Source: Podarcis bocagei (lineage: Eukaryota). Taken from it: a stretch of 64,000 bases of DNA. The notes under the pieces were generated by a model. It searched no databases. It was not told the origin of the DNA and saw nothing but the letters and a program-made list of their open reading frames with translations. Shown here in pieces: positions 26,732-38,650 of the stretch. The DNA lies in NCBI GenBank assembly GCA_964188305.1, contig OZ076898.1. One strand, 5' to 3'. A program made the translations under genes and the position numbers. Position 1 is the first letter of the stretch. Every line of letters begins with the position of its first letter.

Positions 26732-28844
26732 TTTGGTATACAGAGGTGGGATCTGCTATACCCCTCCATCCTGTCCTCAGATTGCATCTGAGTGAATAAA
26801 ACCATGTTCACCTTCTTTCCAAGGAAACCCAACCCTGGGGAAAGTGCAGGAACTCCTGGAGTCTCCCAGCACTCGGAGACTGGCGTGCTGCAGTTGTATT
26901 TTATTTTTGCTTTCCCCTGCGCTCCATCCTTAATATTCCACAGATCTTAGAAGTCACTGAACATGGGTCTTTGCTGGGCAGTTTTAGGGGTTTAAAATAT
27001 ATATTTAGGAACCAATATATGCCTAGACACTCCCACAGCATGCAGAAATCCCTACTATATTTATGGGCTGCCTGTTTTTCCCCCGTCAGATTTTTTTAAA
27101 ATTCTGCTGCTTGAGAATGGAATAAGTGCAACAGTGCATATAACCACACAGTTCTCTCTCTTTATCTCAGTCTTGCTGCTGTTTTTACATATCCTTAACT
27201 TGAAATTAGCAGTTGAAGCCAAATATCGGAAATTTGATGGAAGCTGAGCGATTCAGGCTCATTGGACGATCACTTGGAGAGTTTTTTGCCACCAGCCTTT
27301 TCCAGGACTGCTTCCCAACCTGCCTGACACGGGGTCCTGACCGCACACAGGCCCCACCCCATATTTGTCTGGTGAAAAGAGGCACGGAGCCTCCCCACGC
27401 CACCTCTGGGGCCAGGGGTCAGTGACCATTGTTCCAGTGTCAGTTCTGATCTGGTGACAAATAGTCACATAAGTTTGATGCCGGGTTGTTCTGCTTTCAG
27501 TTGGAGTGTTTCTGGGAATCTGTTATATATTCTTGCTCAGAATTTGAGAAGAGGCTTCGCCCTGTTTGTCCAAGAACACACTTTGTCCCTGTGACTGCGT
27601 AGTTCCTCACCTGGGTTCCCAGACTAAGCTGCCTTCCTCCCAGGTTCGATCTAATAATTCCTCATTTGCAACTATGCATTCCACTTGGCAAGAACCTGCT
27701 CTGTTTTTTCACATTTTACTGTTGTCCAAAAAAACTAAATACAGTAATGATATTGAGTTTACATTAAATGGATTTGGGGGCCTTCTACCTACCCCAATTT
27801 TGTGACTTTTGTTGCAAAAAAAGTCCACTGAAGAGGTCATACCAGGTGGACCACTTTAGCCTTGCACAGACACACAGTGTTTTGGAGAATGAGCTTCTGG
27901 ATAACTCAAGAGATGGCCACGGACAGCTAATGTGTTGCCACAGATACTAAATGGCTGGAGATCCTTCCAGAAGCAGGCATGTCTGGAGGAGAATGGCTGG
28001 AGGAGAATCGTGGAAAAACAGTCCCAAACCAGACAGTGGCCTGACTTGCCCTCTGAAACTTGCTCTCCGCAACAAGTCGTGGTGTTGAGTGTAGAGCAGG
28101 ATCAATTAGGAGTGTTGATGCTATTGAACCTTCCATCTCAAGCACAGCCTGGACAGATATGCGAATAATGCCTAATATCACAGAAACAACATCAGCCTCC
28201 AGTCACCTTCCTTCCAAGGACACCAAAGTCAAGGCACAGGCCGCCACCCCTCAGAAACCTCACCACTTAGAAACAGGGGTGCATGGTGACCATATTTTGG
28301 TTTGGGCATAGAAATCGTAAGAAAGTAAGAAGAGCCTTCTGGATCAGGCCAGTTTGGCACTCTGTTCTCATAGGGCCAGCCAGATGCCCCGATGGAAAGC
28401 CCATAAGCAGGACTCGAACACAAGAGCACTGCTGGAGGCAGACCACAGCCATTGTGGCCAGGCGCCACTGGCGCCCCGACTCCATGAAGCTGTCCAGTCT
28501 GGTGGCCCATCGCTGCTGTGAGTTCCATGGTTAAACTATACACTTTATTTAATCTGCCCTGAATCTTTCAACATTCGACTTCATGGGATGCCCACAAGTT
28601 CTAGGGTTAGGGGGGAGGGGACTTCTCTCTCTCTCTCTCTCTCAAATCTCTCCAGGGCATCATTTTATAAACTATCAAGGTGGAATGCATAGTTCTCCTC
28701 CTCTCCACTTGGTCTACAAAACGTGTTTCATTGATTTTAAGAAGGTACATTAATTCCAATAAATGCCCCCTCCCCTTCCCCTTCAGGACAGGGAATTTAG
28801 GAAAGGTGCCACCCCATATTGCTAGATGTGACTCTGGTAGATGC

Positions 28845-29005
28845 CCCACTCCTCCCCGGTTTATCCTCACAACAGCCCTGTGAGGTCTGCTAGGCTGAGA
28901 GGCAATGGCCAGCCCAAGGACACTCCGTGAGCTTCGTGGCTGGGTGGGGATTCGAACCCTGGCCTCCCAGCCCTTAGTCTGCCACTCAAACCACTACACC
29001 ACACA
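28845..29005 (-). mobile_element. MIR/CORE-like SINE remnant
   Basis: atcctcacaacagccctgtgaggt core plus the reverse complement of a B box (ggattcgaaccc). Similar remnants near 10.5, 11.8, 21.1, 30.0 and 39.4 kb. Confidence 0.6.
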
Positions 29006-29616
29006 GGCTTTATAGCGGGACAGAGATTTCTGTGCTATTTTTCCTGCTGGTGATAGCCTAGAAGCACACATGGGGGGTTGGTTAACGGCAGCCTGCAGCT
29101 GGGTCTCCACCCGTGTTACTATAGAAAGCAATCCAGAAAACAGACAGGGTTGCCAATGGTCAGATGGGAGGCGGCTCCCTCCATTCAGCCCACAGAACCA
29201 CAAGGGGCGGGAGACCACATCAGAGGGACACAGGCCAGGAGGAGCGTTGCTGCTTATTTCCAGCCTGGCTTGCCTCCCGGGGGCTCTGGGGCTGGGCCGT
29301 GGCGGAGCCTAATAGCGTGGTACAGCTAACAACGTTCTGGACTGGCTGCCCCTCGGCTGGAAGAAGTTGGCGTCCCCATGGTGGGAGGGGACGGCTTTTG
29401 TAGGAGGCAAAGCCACATATCAGAAGAGAGAGGGTGTCCCCTGCCTCGGGGCTGGTGCTCAGAAGCTCTTTCCGATATTTTGAATTACCATGACTTTATT
29501 GAATTGCATTAACTGTTCCAATGAATGTGCTGTTGTTGTCTGCTTTGTTTTTCTGCTACCCTGCTTGCAATGTTTGCTGCTTTTTGCTGCTGCTGCTGTT
29601 GTGACTATTGGGAGCC

Positions 29617-29663
<47 letters not shown>
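29617..29663. repeat. (AAT)n microsatellite at the tail of an L2-like fragment
   Basis: Read directly; explains the poly-I, poly-N and poly-L ORFs. Confidence 0.95.
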
Positions 29664-30345
29664 TTCATTATTTGTATGCCGCCCATCTGACTGGGTTTCC
29701 CCAGCCACTCTGGGCAGCTCCCAACAGAATATTAAAAACACGATAAAACATCAAACATTAAAAACATTAAAAAGCTTTGAACTCAACATTTGTTGTTGGA
29801 AAAGCGGAATCCAAATATTTAATCAAATCAAAAGAAATAGTAAGGTTTATGATGGATCTTGAAAGCAGCCTGCAACTCCCAGCCCTTCAGTCTCTGCCTG
29901 GGGATCATCTTCCCTAGAGAGTTTCTGTTTGAGAATGGAGGGTGTGGAAAGATGGAGGGTGGGGCTGCTGGACCAATGCTTCCAAAAAGTGGCGTAGTAT
30001 TCAGCATGTCAGACTAGGGCCTGGGAGAGACCAGGGTTCGAAAGCCCCTTGAACCTGAAGCTCAGGCCAGCCACTGCCCCCCTTCGCCTCACCTGCCCCA
30101 CAGGATCAGGGAGAACCAGGTACTCTACCATGTGCTCCTTGGACAAAATAGGCAGGATACAAATACAATCATTAAAGCAGAATCACAGAACTGGAGTTGG
30201 AAGGGGGACCTCAGGGGTCATCTAATCCAACCCCCAGCAGTGCAGGAATCACAGCTGAATAAACCAATAAGACGTAGGGGCTTTCAGATGCCCTGAAAAC
30301 GGAATCCTACCCCAGTGTCAATTCAGACATGATCTTCTGCCCTTA

Positions 30346-30352
30346 TCTTTTC

Positions 30353-30403
<51 letters not shown>
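30346..30403. repeat. (CTTT)n microsatellite
   Basis: Read directly. Confidence 0.95.
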
Positions 30404-30404
<1 letters not shown>

Positions 30405-33368
30405 TTTATAAAAGCGGAAACAGACTACAAAACTCAAAACCAAGCAACTTGGGCACTTAAAGGCAGGCAGCCTGTCTATATCGGCCGCCCCCAACCTGGC
30501 AGCCTCCAGATCCCTGCATTGCAGGGGGTTGGACTGAATGACCCTTGGGGTCCCACCCAACTCAATGACTATGTTGCCCTCAGCCCCAGCGTCATCTGGG
30601 TGCTGGGGTGCTCCTGCTAGGAGCTGTCTCCCAAAGCAGCTTGAGGGCACCAGGTGTGGGGAAGGCGGGTGTGTATCTGAGGGGGCACCCTCCAGTGCGA
30701 GGGACAGGGAGGGCTGAGGTGGGGCAGGCAGCATCCCAGTGGAGTGGTCAAAGTCCCAGAGAAGTGGCCTGCTCCAGAGGGAGGCAGTGATTGGAGCGCT
30801 GCCCCAGGCGGAGTTTGCCTGCTCAGCCCCATAGGCAGGAGAACCGGCCTGCTGAGGTGACGGCAGCACAAGGGACTGATTCAGTTTGGCCTCCCCGTCC
30901 CCCTCTCCCCTCCTCCTGACCGTCCTGTTTGCTTAAGCCGTTTGTAGAATTTCACAGGTCTGGGGATTCAGCCCTCATGTCCAGCTGCACAGAGCCAGGC
31001 TCTGTTCTCCAGCTCCAGGACAGCAGCCTGGAGGGAGGGAGGGAGGGAGGCAACAGCCCAGAGCAAACAGGGAGGTTCTGAGCTTCGCCAGGGAGTCACC
31101 ATAGGCAGTGACTTCATCGGGCTGAACGTCTGGCAGCACAGGATGGGAGAAGCAGCAGAAATCTATTCATCAGAGAAGGAGGGGTCCTAACGCACCCCTG
31201 CAGGAGTCCCTGGCCGGCCAGCCTGGAAGGCTGCTTCCACTGGGCCTGGCCTGGATGGCTAAGCCAAAGAAGAGAAGACTGAGAGGGGGCAGGATGGATA
31301 GCCACCTTCACATACCTGAAGCGATGTCTCATGGAGGAAGGAGCAAGCTTGTTTTCTCCTGCTCTGGAAGGTGGGACCTGAACCAGTTACAAGAAAGGAG
31401 ATTCAGACTAAACCTTAGGGAGAACTTTCTGAGAGTAAGAGCTGTTCCACAGTGGAATGTGGCAGACTCTCCTCCTTGGAGGTTTTTGAACCGATTTCTA
31501 GCATTATGAGAGAAGGAGAAAACTCTCTATCCACTTCCTTCCTGCCAGGCATCATTTTATCAGCGTCTATCCTGCCACCTCTTTCATTTGCCGTCCCAAG
31601 CTGGTGCTCAGCCCCCAAGCTGCAGCCCTCACTCATCTTCGCCAGCTTGGGCCCCAACTCTGGGTGTAGCTTGAAATGTCTGGAGGCCACTAAGCTGGCC
31701 ACAGATGCTCCACAATGTTTCCTACACAGAGGTCATTTCTGCAGAGGAAAAACGTAACTTTTGTGCAGCTGCCTAAATCAAGTGTCAGAAGTGGAGTTAG
31801 ATGGAAAAGAGGCAACTTAACATGGGAAACATTGAGAGGAATACCAACCAACCTCGTATTGAACTTACTGCAATAGTGAATGCCCAGCCCAATGAACTAG
31901 AGTTTACTTATTATGGCGCCAGCCACCCTTAATCCTTCTTCAAACCCTGAGGAATGCAATAAAATGTGTGCGCAAATTCCAGGTGCTCTGTGACCCTTCT
32001 GTGAGCGCTCTTTCAAACTCCTCACTGAAAGTGCTGCCTGCCTGCTTGTATACACCAAACTTGGAACTGAGGGGACCTGGGTTCAGGTCCTGACTTTTTG
32101 GAATTCACAGTGCACACTTCCCCATCTGTAAAATGGTTATAGCTGTAACCTGCCTGTGGGGCTGTGGTGATGGGTGTGACATTAAATCTAGTTTTAAGCA
32201 CTTAAGGTCATGATTTGACATATGGGAAGGGGTGTCAAAAGTACGGATGAGCAGATCTGTCCACTTCCTCTGTTCCTCATTTTGCCCATCTGAAATTCAG
32301 TTGCATATTATTATTTTTTAAGTCCTCATGAAAATTCAGCATTTTACTGCAAATTTATCCTAATAAACTCATTTTTGTATGCACTTCTATCTAATATACA
32401 CATTTCTGAAGCAATTTCCCCTCAAATAATACAATTTTTGCATGCTATTTTCACCAGTATACATAGATGCATATTTTACCGATATAGACATTTTGGTACA
32501 CACTGCTTTGCTGGAGAACTGCACTGCAATCATTGTGATCATTTCAGAAATTGTGAAATAGGTAGGTTCACCGCTAAATGTGAACTGATTCGAATCCCCC
32601 TCCCCTCATCCAGAGAGAACGGAATGTTCCCCCGCCCACAACCCCTAGGCTGGTGTGCTCTGTTTTTTTTTTAATAAGTTCATTCTGTATAACTCATTCA
32701 CAACCATCAATGGCAAAAGGTAGAATCCACCATTTTACAAGTTCAGACACTCAAACCTCTGTGGAAAAGCTTGACAAGTATGGGGCAGGGGTGTCCAATC
32801 CCCCAAATATTGCACAGGCAGGTTATTCTCTCATGGATATAAACAAACATTAATTATTAACAACCACTTATCCGTTTGTGTGTGTTTGAAGCATTTCCAC
32901 AAATTTCTTATGATTTAAATAAGATATTGGGGGTGGGGGGCTGAGGGGGGTGCAAAGCTTCTGCAGGGTCACCTCATGAGATGGGGAAGGACTTTGCTCC
33001 TTGTTAGAGCCTCCGTTTGCCTGCAGGAAGCCCCAGCATCTCCAGAGAGAACCCTGCTGGACACCCTGGAGAGCTGCTGCCAGCCAGTGCAGGAAGTGCT
33101 GAGCTGGAGGGACCAGTGTCTCACTCAGTGCAAGGCAGGTTCCTAGGAGTTTTGGCAGAGGTGAGAATTGAACTGGAGGTCTCCCAATTCACAGCTTGTG
33201 ATCTTTGCTACACCAGCTGTAGTGATGGGGGAACAGGAGGCCAAGCCGAGCTGGCAGCAAAACTCAAGCCCAGCTCTCCTAGAACCATAGAATTGTGGAG
33301 TTGGAATGGACACCGAGGGTCATCTAGTCCAACCCCCTGAAAAGAATGAGTCTCAACTAAAACATTAA

Positions 33369-33599
33369 ACAACCTCATGGAGCACGTAGGACCAGGAGAC
33401 AAGGATGGCGAGGAAACAACCACAGCGATCGCCCGTGCCATTTCTCTTCCTGCCAGAAAATGTGCCAAGCGACACCTGCAGTAAACCCAAGCTGGCTGCC
33501 TTGCTGGAAGAGAAGGTGCAGCTTCCAGAAACTTGAGGCCTGTCAATCCACACTTTGACCTACTGGCTTAGATGAGGAATTTCTCAATAGAGCAGAGAG
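33369..33599 (+). repeat. Local duplication, copy 1 (copy 2 at about 35228-35458)
   Basis: aacctca(t/c)ggagcac...ggcttagatgaggaattt...gagcagagag occurs twice with scattered substitutions; ORFs 33208..33546 and 35044..35403 share their N-termini. Confidence 0.9.
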
Positions 33600-33966
33600 G
33601 GCTGTCCTGGAACAGCAGCGCAGGAGGGGGTGCCGCTAGGGAGAAGGAAGATTGCGCAGTGCAGGAGATGAACCCCTGGAGGAACGTGGCGCACAGAAGC
33701 AGGACTGCCAGGAGCCATGCTGTGTCACTGGAGCTCACCTCAGACACCGCTTCTGGGCCAGATGAGCAAGGACAGTGGTTGCAGACCTCATAACACACTG
33801 GTGTACACTTGTGAATACTTCTATGACCTGGAGCATGGAAGGCAGACTCGGAGTATATGGGTAAAAATTGTAGGAGAGGAACAACGCTGACCTTACTGTG
33901 GGTGTCTGCTATAGACCTCCAAGACTGCATTGATGCCTGGATGATACCTTCCTACAGCAAACATTC

Positions 33967-34530
33967 ATAGAATCATAGAGTTGGAAGGGACCCCTAGGGT
34001 CATCTAGTCCAACCCCCTGCAATGCAGGAATCTCAGCTAAAGCATCCAGGACACAGGGCCATCCAACCTCTGCTTAAAGACCTTCAAGGTAGGAGATTCC
34101 ACCACCTCCCATGGGAGTCTGTTCCACTGCCAAACAGCTCCTACTGTCAGAAAGTTTATCCTAATGTTTAGTCGGAATCTCCTTGCTTGTAATTTGAAGC
34201 CATTGGTTTGAGTCCTATCCTCCAGAGCAGGAGAAAACATGCTTGCGCCATCCTCCATGTGACAGCCCTTAAGATACTTGAAGATAGCCATCATATCTCC
34301 TCTCTGTTTCCTCTTCTCCTGGCTAAATATCCCCAGCTCCTTCAACCGTTCCTCATAAGGCTTGGTTTCCAGAGCCTTAATTATCTTGGTCTCTCTCTTC
34401 TGAACATGTTTCAGTTTGTCAACAACCTTCTTAAATTGTGGCACCCAGAATGGGACACAGTACTCCAGGTGTGGTCCGACCAAGGAAGAAAAGAGTGAGA
34501 CTATGACTTCCCTTGATCTGGACTCTACAC
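33967..34530 (-). mobile_element. Older CR1 LINE 3' fragment
   Basis: ORF 34037..34705 contains SRSREVIV...PHLEYCVPFWVPQFKK; ATTCTATG tail at 33967. Confidence 0.85.
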
Positions 34531-35227
34531 TTCTGTTCTCGAGATTCCTTACAGAAGCAGGATGCTGGATAGCATCCAAGACTCCTGGCATGCAAGATGA
34601 CTTTGCCACTTGAGATTCCACTGTTTGATAACAGTTATAGCTGGCCCACCCCCATCCCATCCAGGATTCAACAGAGTCCCTCTCCCCTTCCCAAATCTGC
34701 CCCACTTGTGCTTACCTAAATGTCAGGAGGCTGGCCCCACACACCAAACAGAGATGTCTTCCTTGCCTCAGTTTCCCTGCGGCCAAAATCTCATTCCCAA
34801 GTGCCACACAGGACCACCAAAGCCGGCTTCTTGCTAGTTGCTCTGCTGTTGCTGAATAAATGTGACTCCTGCAAGCGTCATTCCAAGGAACCAGGAATGC
34901 GTCCAAAGTGGGGGGGGGGGAGAAGATTTGCCAAAGTCTCTCAGAGGAGATCAGCATTTAGCTCCAGTCCTAAGGAATGTTGACTCCACCTGCAAATGGA
35001 ATCATCTGTGGCAACTCAGAGAACTCTAGACCACTCCTTGCTTCTATGGGGGCATGTAGGAACACACCGAGGGCGGCTCCACCCACTTCCTGATATGTCC
35101 CCTCAGGAAAGGAGCTGCTTTCCCCACAAAGCCTACCCTGTAGCAAAAGCCCCACACCTGACCCTGACTCCTGCCGGCTCCCCCAGCAAGCCTCACTTCC
35201 TTCATACTGCCTGAACTGAAATGAAGC

Positions 35228-35458
35228 AACCTCACGGAGCACATAGGACCAGGAGACAAGGACGGCGAGGAAACAACCACAGCGATCGCCCATGTCGTTT
35301 CTCTTCCTGCCGGAGAATGTGCCAAGCGACACCTGCAGTAAACCCAAGCTGGCTGCCTTGCTGGAAGAGAAGGTGCAGCTTCCAGAAACTGGAGGCCTGT
35401 CAATCCACACTTTGACCTACTGGCTTAGATGAGGAATTTTTCAGTGGAGCAGAGAGAG
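35228..35458 (+). repeat. Local duplication, copy 2
   Basis: See copy 1; both are followed by the same caaacattcatagaatc CR1 junction. Confidence 0.9.
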
Positions 35459-36261
35459 CAGAGATTACCAAACATTCATAGAATCATAGAGTTGGAAGGG
35501 ACCCCTAGTCCAAGCCCCTGCAATGCAGGAATCTCAGCTAAAGCATCCACGACAGAGGGCCATCCAACCTCTGCTTAAAAACCACCAAGGAAGGAGAGGC
35601 CACAACCTCTCGTGGGAGTCTGTTCCACTGCTGAGCAGCTCTTACTGCTCAAATACAGCCGCAACACATGGCTAATAAGTATGGTAAATGTATTATTAGT
35701 AGAAGTTAGAATATAATCCAAAATTTACAAATCATAAACATCATTATATAATGTATGTATAAATCCATAAACAAGAAATAATCAACGTAATGAACTGCTG
35801 TCAGGGAACACCACGACGCAGGCAGAATGCCTTTCAAGAGATAATAATGGATAATAGAACAGCTCTTACTATCAGAAAGTTTTTCTGAATGTTTAGTCGG
35901 AATCTCCTTTCTTGTAATTTGAAACCACTTGTTTGAGTCCTATCCTCCAGAGCAGGAGAAAACAATTCTCCATATGACAGCCCTTAAAATATTTGAAGAT
36001 AGCTATCATGGCTCCTCTCAGCCTCCTCTTTCGCAGACTAAACAAACCCACCTCCTTCAACCATTCCTCCTAAGGCTTGGTTTCCAGACCCTTGATCATC
36101 TTAGTTGCCCTCGTCTGCACACATTCCAGCTTGTCAACATCCTTCTTAAATTGTGGTACCCAGAACTAGACACAGTACTGCCAAGGGAGAATAGAGTGGG
36201 ATGATGACTTCTCTTCATTTGTCTACTGTACAAATGCAGCCTAGAGTAGTGTTAGCTTTTT

Positions 36262-36692
36262 TTCAAAAGGGAATGATGTAGTAAGCATGGGAGACTTGCA
36301 ACTATCCCGATATCTGTTGGAACACATACTCTGCCAAGATTCCAACAAATTCCTCCATTGCCTCACTGACAATTTCATTTCCCAGAAGGTCGAAGAAGCA
36401 ACAAGGGGATCATCTATCTTGGACCTGGTCCTCACCAACAAGGAGGGACTGATGGATGAAGTGGAAGTACTCAGAAACTTTAGAGGAAGTGACCATGTCC
36501 TCTTGGGTTTCATTATAAACTGGCATAGAATGGACTCCCTCAGGAGGTTCTGGACTCTCCTTCCTTGGAGGTTTTTACGCAGAGCTTGGGTGGCCATCTG
36601 TCATGGATGCTTTAGTCGATATTTCTGCATCGCAGGGGGCTGAACTAAATGACCCTCAGGGTACCTTCCAACTCCACAAATCTATAATTCTA
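36262..36692 (+). mobile_element. Degenerate CR1: endonuclease fragment joined to a CR1 3' end
   Basis: SNKFLHCLTDNFISQKVEEATRGSSILDLVLTN...GSDH (AP-endonuclease motifs), followed by a CR1 3' UTR; the upstream EN part (VGVCYRPP) is at about 33850-33966. Confidence 0.75.
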
Positions 36693-37729
36693 TATTTCAT
36701 GGCAAAAATAAAAATTGGAGAAAACCCCCCACATATTCTGAAATAATTTTTTAATGATTTTAACAGAAAGCAAAACTGAAATATCAAAGCTTTTGGATCA
36801 AAAGCACACAGGATTGTTGTTGTTTTAAAATATATGTATTTTTAAAAAAAAAACATACAGAAAAAACACCACCACAATACTATGCAAACTTATTTGGAAG
36901 TAAATTCCCATTTGAGTTTATTCCTGAATGAACATGAATAAGGGAGGTCTGTGGCTCAGTGGCAGAACATCTGCTTTGTGCGCAGAAGGTCTCAGGTTCC
37001 TGCCTGAAACCCTGGACAGCCACTGCCGCTCGGTGTAGACAGGGCTGAATAAGAGAGGCGAAGATGTCACAGGAGCCGCCTCCCCTCCTGGGCTTGCCAG
37101 CCACTGGGATTCAGAAGCATGGCTGCCTCCAGCTGCGCAGGCAGAGCAGAGTCATCCTGGCCACCAGGCGCCACCGGCACCGTCTCCTCCTCCATGAATT
37201 TGTCTGAGCCTCTTTTGAAGCCATCCGAGTTGGTGGCCGTCACTGCCTCCTGTGGGAGGGAGTTCCGTAGTTCCACTATGCACTGCATGAAGAAGTAAAG
37301 CCATGCTTGGCTTGCAAAGGCTTCATCCCCTCCCAGGCACGTGTGTGGCCCAGGGGGGTGGGATCTTTAAAAGACAGAGGCACAATCTGGACACCCAGAT
37401 ACCAGACACCATTTCTCTACACAAACCATCCGCTAGTCTTCCATAGCTGTGTATTGTGTCAGTTAGAGGGATGGACCTGGGAGAGACCCGGATTCAAATC
37501 CTCACTCAACCCTGAGTGAGCCTGGCCTACCTGGCAGGGTTGTGGTGTGGCTTAAATGAGCCAGCAGGGTTAGCTTGGTCAGAAGAGCAGCACGTGTGAA
37601 CAGGAAGACTCTAAGAAGAGCAGGGGGGGCTGGATCAGAGCAGGGGTCCTCCTAGTCCTTCCCAACCGCGGGGCTCTCCTCCCCTTTCAAGAGCGGGTAG
37701 AGGGCTTCCCTTGGAGACGCTGCCTCTGA

Positions 37730-38650
37730 GCGCGTGCAGAGGGCACTTGGCTCGCCATCAGCTCAGGTCCCCAGGCTGGCACGTGGCCAAGGCTCGAACG
37801 TAAAGTTTTGCGTCCGGGGATCGGGCCCTATCTCCTCCTCCGGGGCTCCCATTCACGCGCCTTCAAGGCTTGGAGAGGGTCGGGGGCGCCCAGCCCGGGA
37901 ATGCGCGGTGGGGGAGGGGCAGGGGCTTGACCCACCCCACCCCCCACCCCGCCTTGGCTAAAGCAAGAGGGACCCGCCCCCAGCCCCCCCCCGGGGGAAG
38001 GGCGGTGGCCCCGATCCCCTACCTGGAGCCGCGCCGGAGGAGCCGTCGCCAGGTCTGCCCACCGCGCAGGCAGCCGGCCGGCCTGCCTGACCTTCCGCCC
38101 CCCGGACGGGCGGGCCATCCTCCTCCTCCGGGCAGCGCCTCCTCCTCCTCTCTGCATCCCACGTGAGCCGGGCGCGCAGGGGGGCGCCGGACGCCTGGGT
38201 CCCGTCCTCCGCCCTCGGAGCGTTTGCTCGGAAGGAAGCAAGACCCGATCCGCGACGGGGCTTCCCTAGGACGCGAGGCGGCAGCGGTGGGGACTTTGCA
38301 GTTTAGGAAAGGCGAGAGGAGTCTCTAAAATTCTGCCTGGCGTGGAGAACAGGAAAGCTCTCCTCCCTCTCCAACTCGCGGACCATTCAGGGCGACACAG
38401 AAAAGAAAGTACAGTACTAGCTAATCTGCGGAACTCGCTCCCGCAGGAGGCAGCGATGGACTGAACAGAGGACTCGACACCTTCCTGGAGGGCTGCTGGC
38501 CAGGCTCTCCTCTGGCTCCGCGGCTGGAATCCCAGGTGCCAGAAGCTGCCGGAGGGCAGAGGGGCGGGGGGGCTCGGGCGCCGGTCCTTCTACGCGCCTG
38601 GCGGGCCACTGGGAGAACAGAAGGCTGAATCCAGCCGGGCTCCTCTTCTC
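37730..38650 (-). promoter_or_regulatory. TRPV4: CpG island, probable TRPV4 promoter
   Basis: The only large non-repeat CpG-dense region between TRPV4 exon 2 and the GLTP 3' end; GC boxes and CACGTG at 38160-38165. Confidence 0.75.
38023..38160 (-). other. TRPV4: Probable TRPV4 non-coding exon 1 (5' boundary unknown)
   Basis: Donor CTCCAG|GTAGGG at 38023/38022 inside the CpG island; mammalian TRPV4 has a 5'UTR exon 1 and a long intron 1. Confidence 0.55.

Larger units (their letters stand above)
23107..26779 (+). mobile_element. Probable solo LTR-like element carrying three nested insertions (boundaries approximate)
   Basis: gattgg box and TATAAAAG near 23240; tga(a)ggacag ... ctgtcctca ends; repeated ttggt...gggatc units near the 3' end. 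No clear TSD found. Confidence 0.4.

Noticed and set aside
26880-28600. Repeat-poor stretch with short ORFs, considered as an endogenous viral element or nested gene
   Set aside because: No recognisable protein motif or consistent exon structure; a translated search would be needed to exclude it fully.
29459-30869. ORFs with poly-L, poly-N, poly-I or KKER runs
   Set aside because: They are translations of the (AAT)n and (CTTT)n microsatellites.
37828-38241. N-terminal extension of TRPV4 encoded in the CpG island
   Set aside because: None of the candidate exon 2 acceptors (15696, 15691, 15663) gives a stop-free in-frame join to the ATG at 15658.
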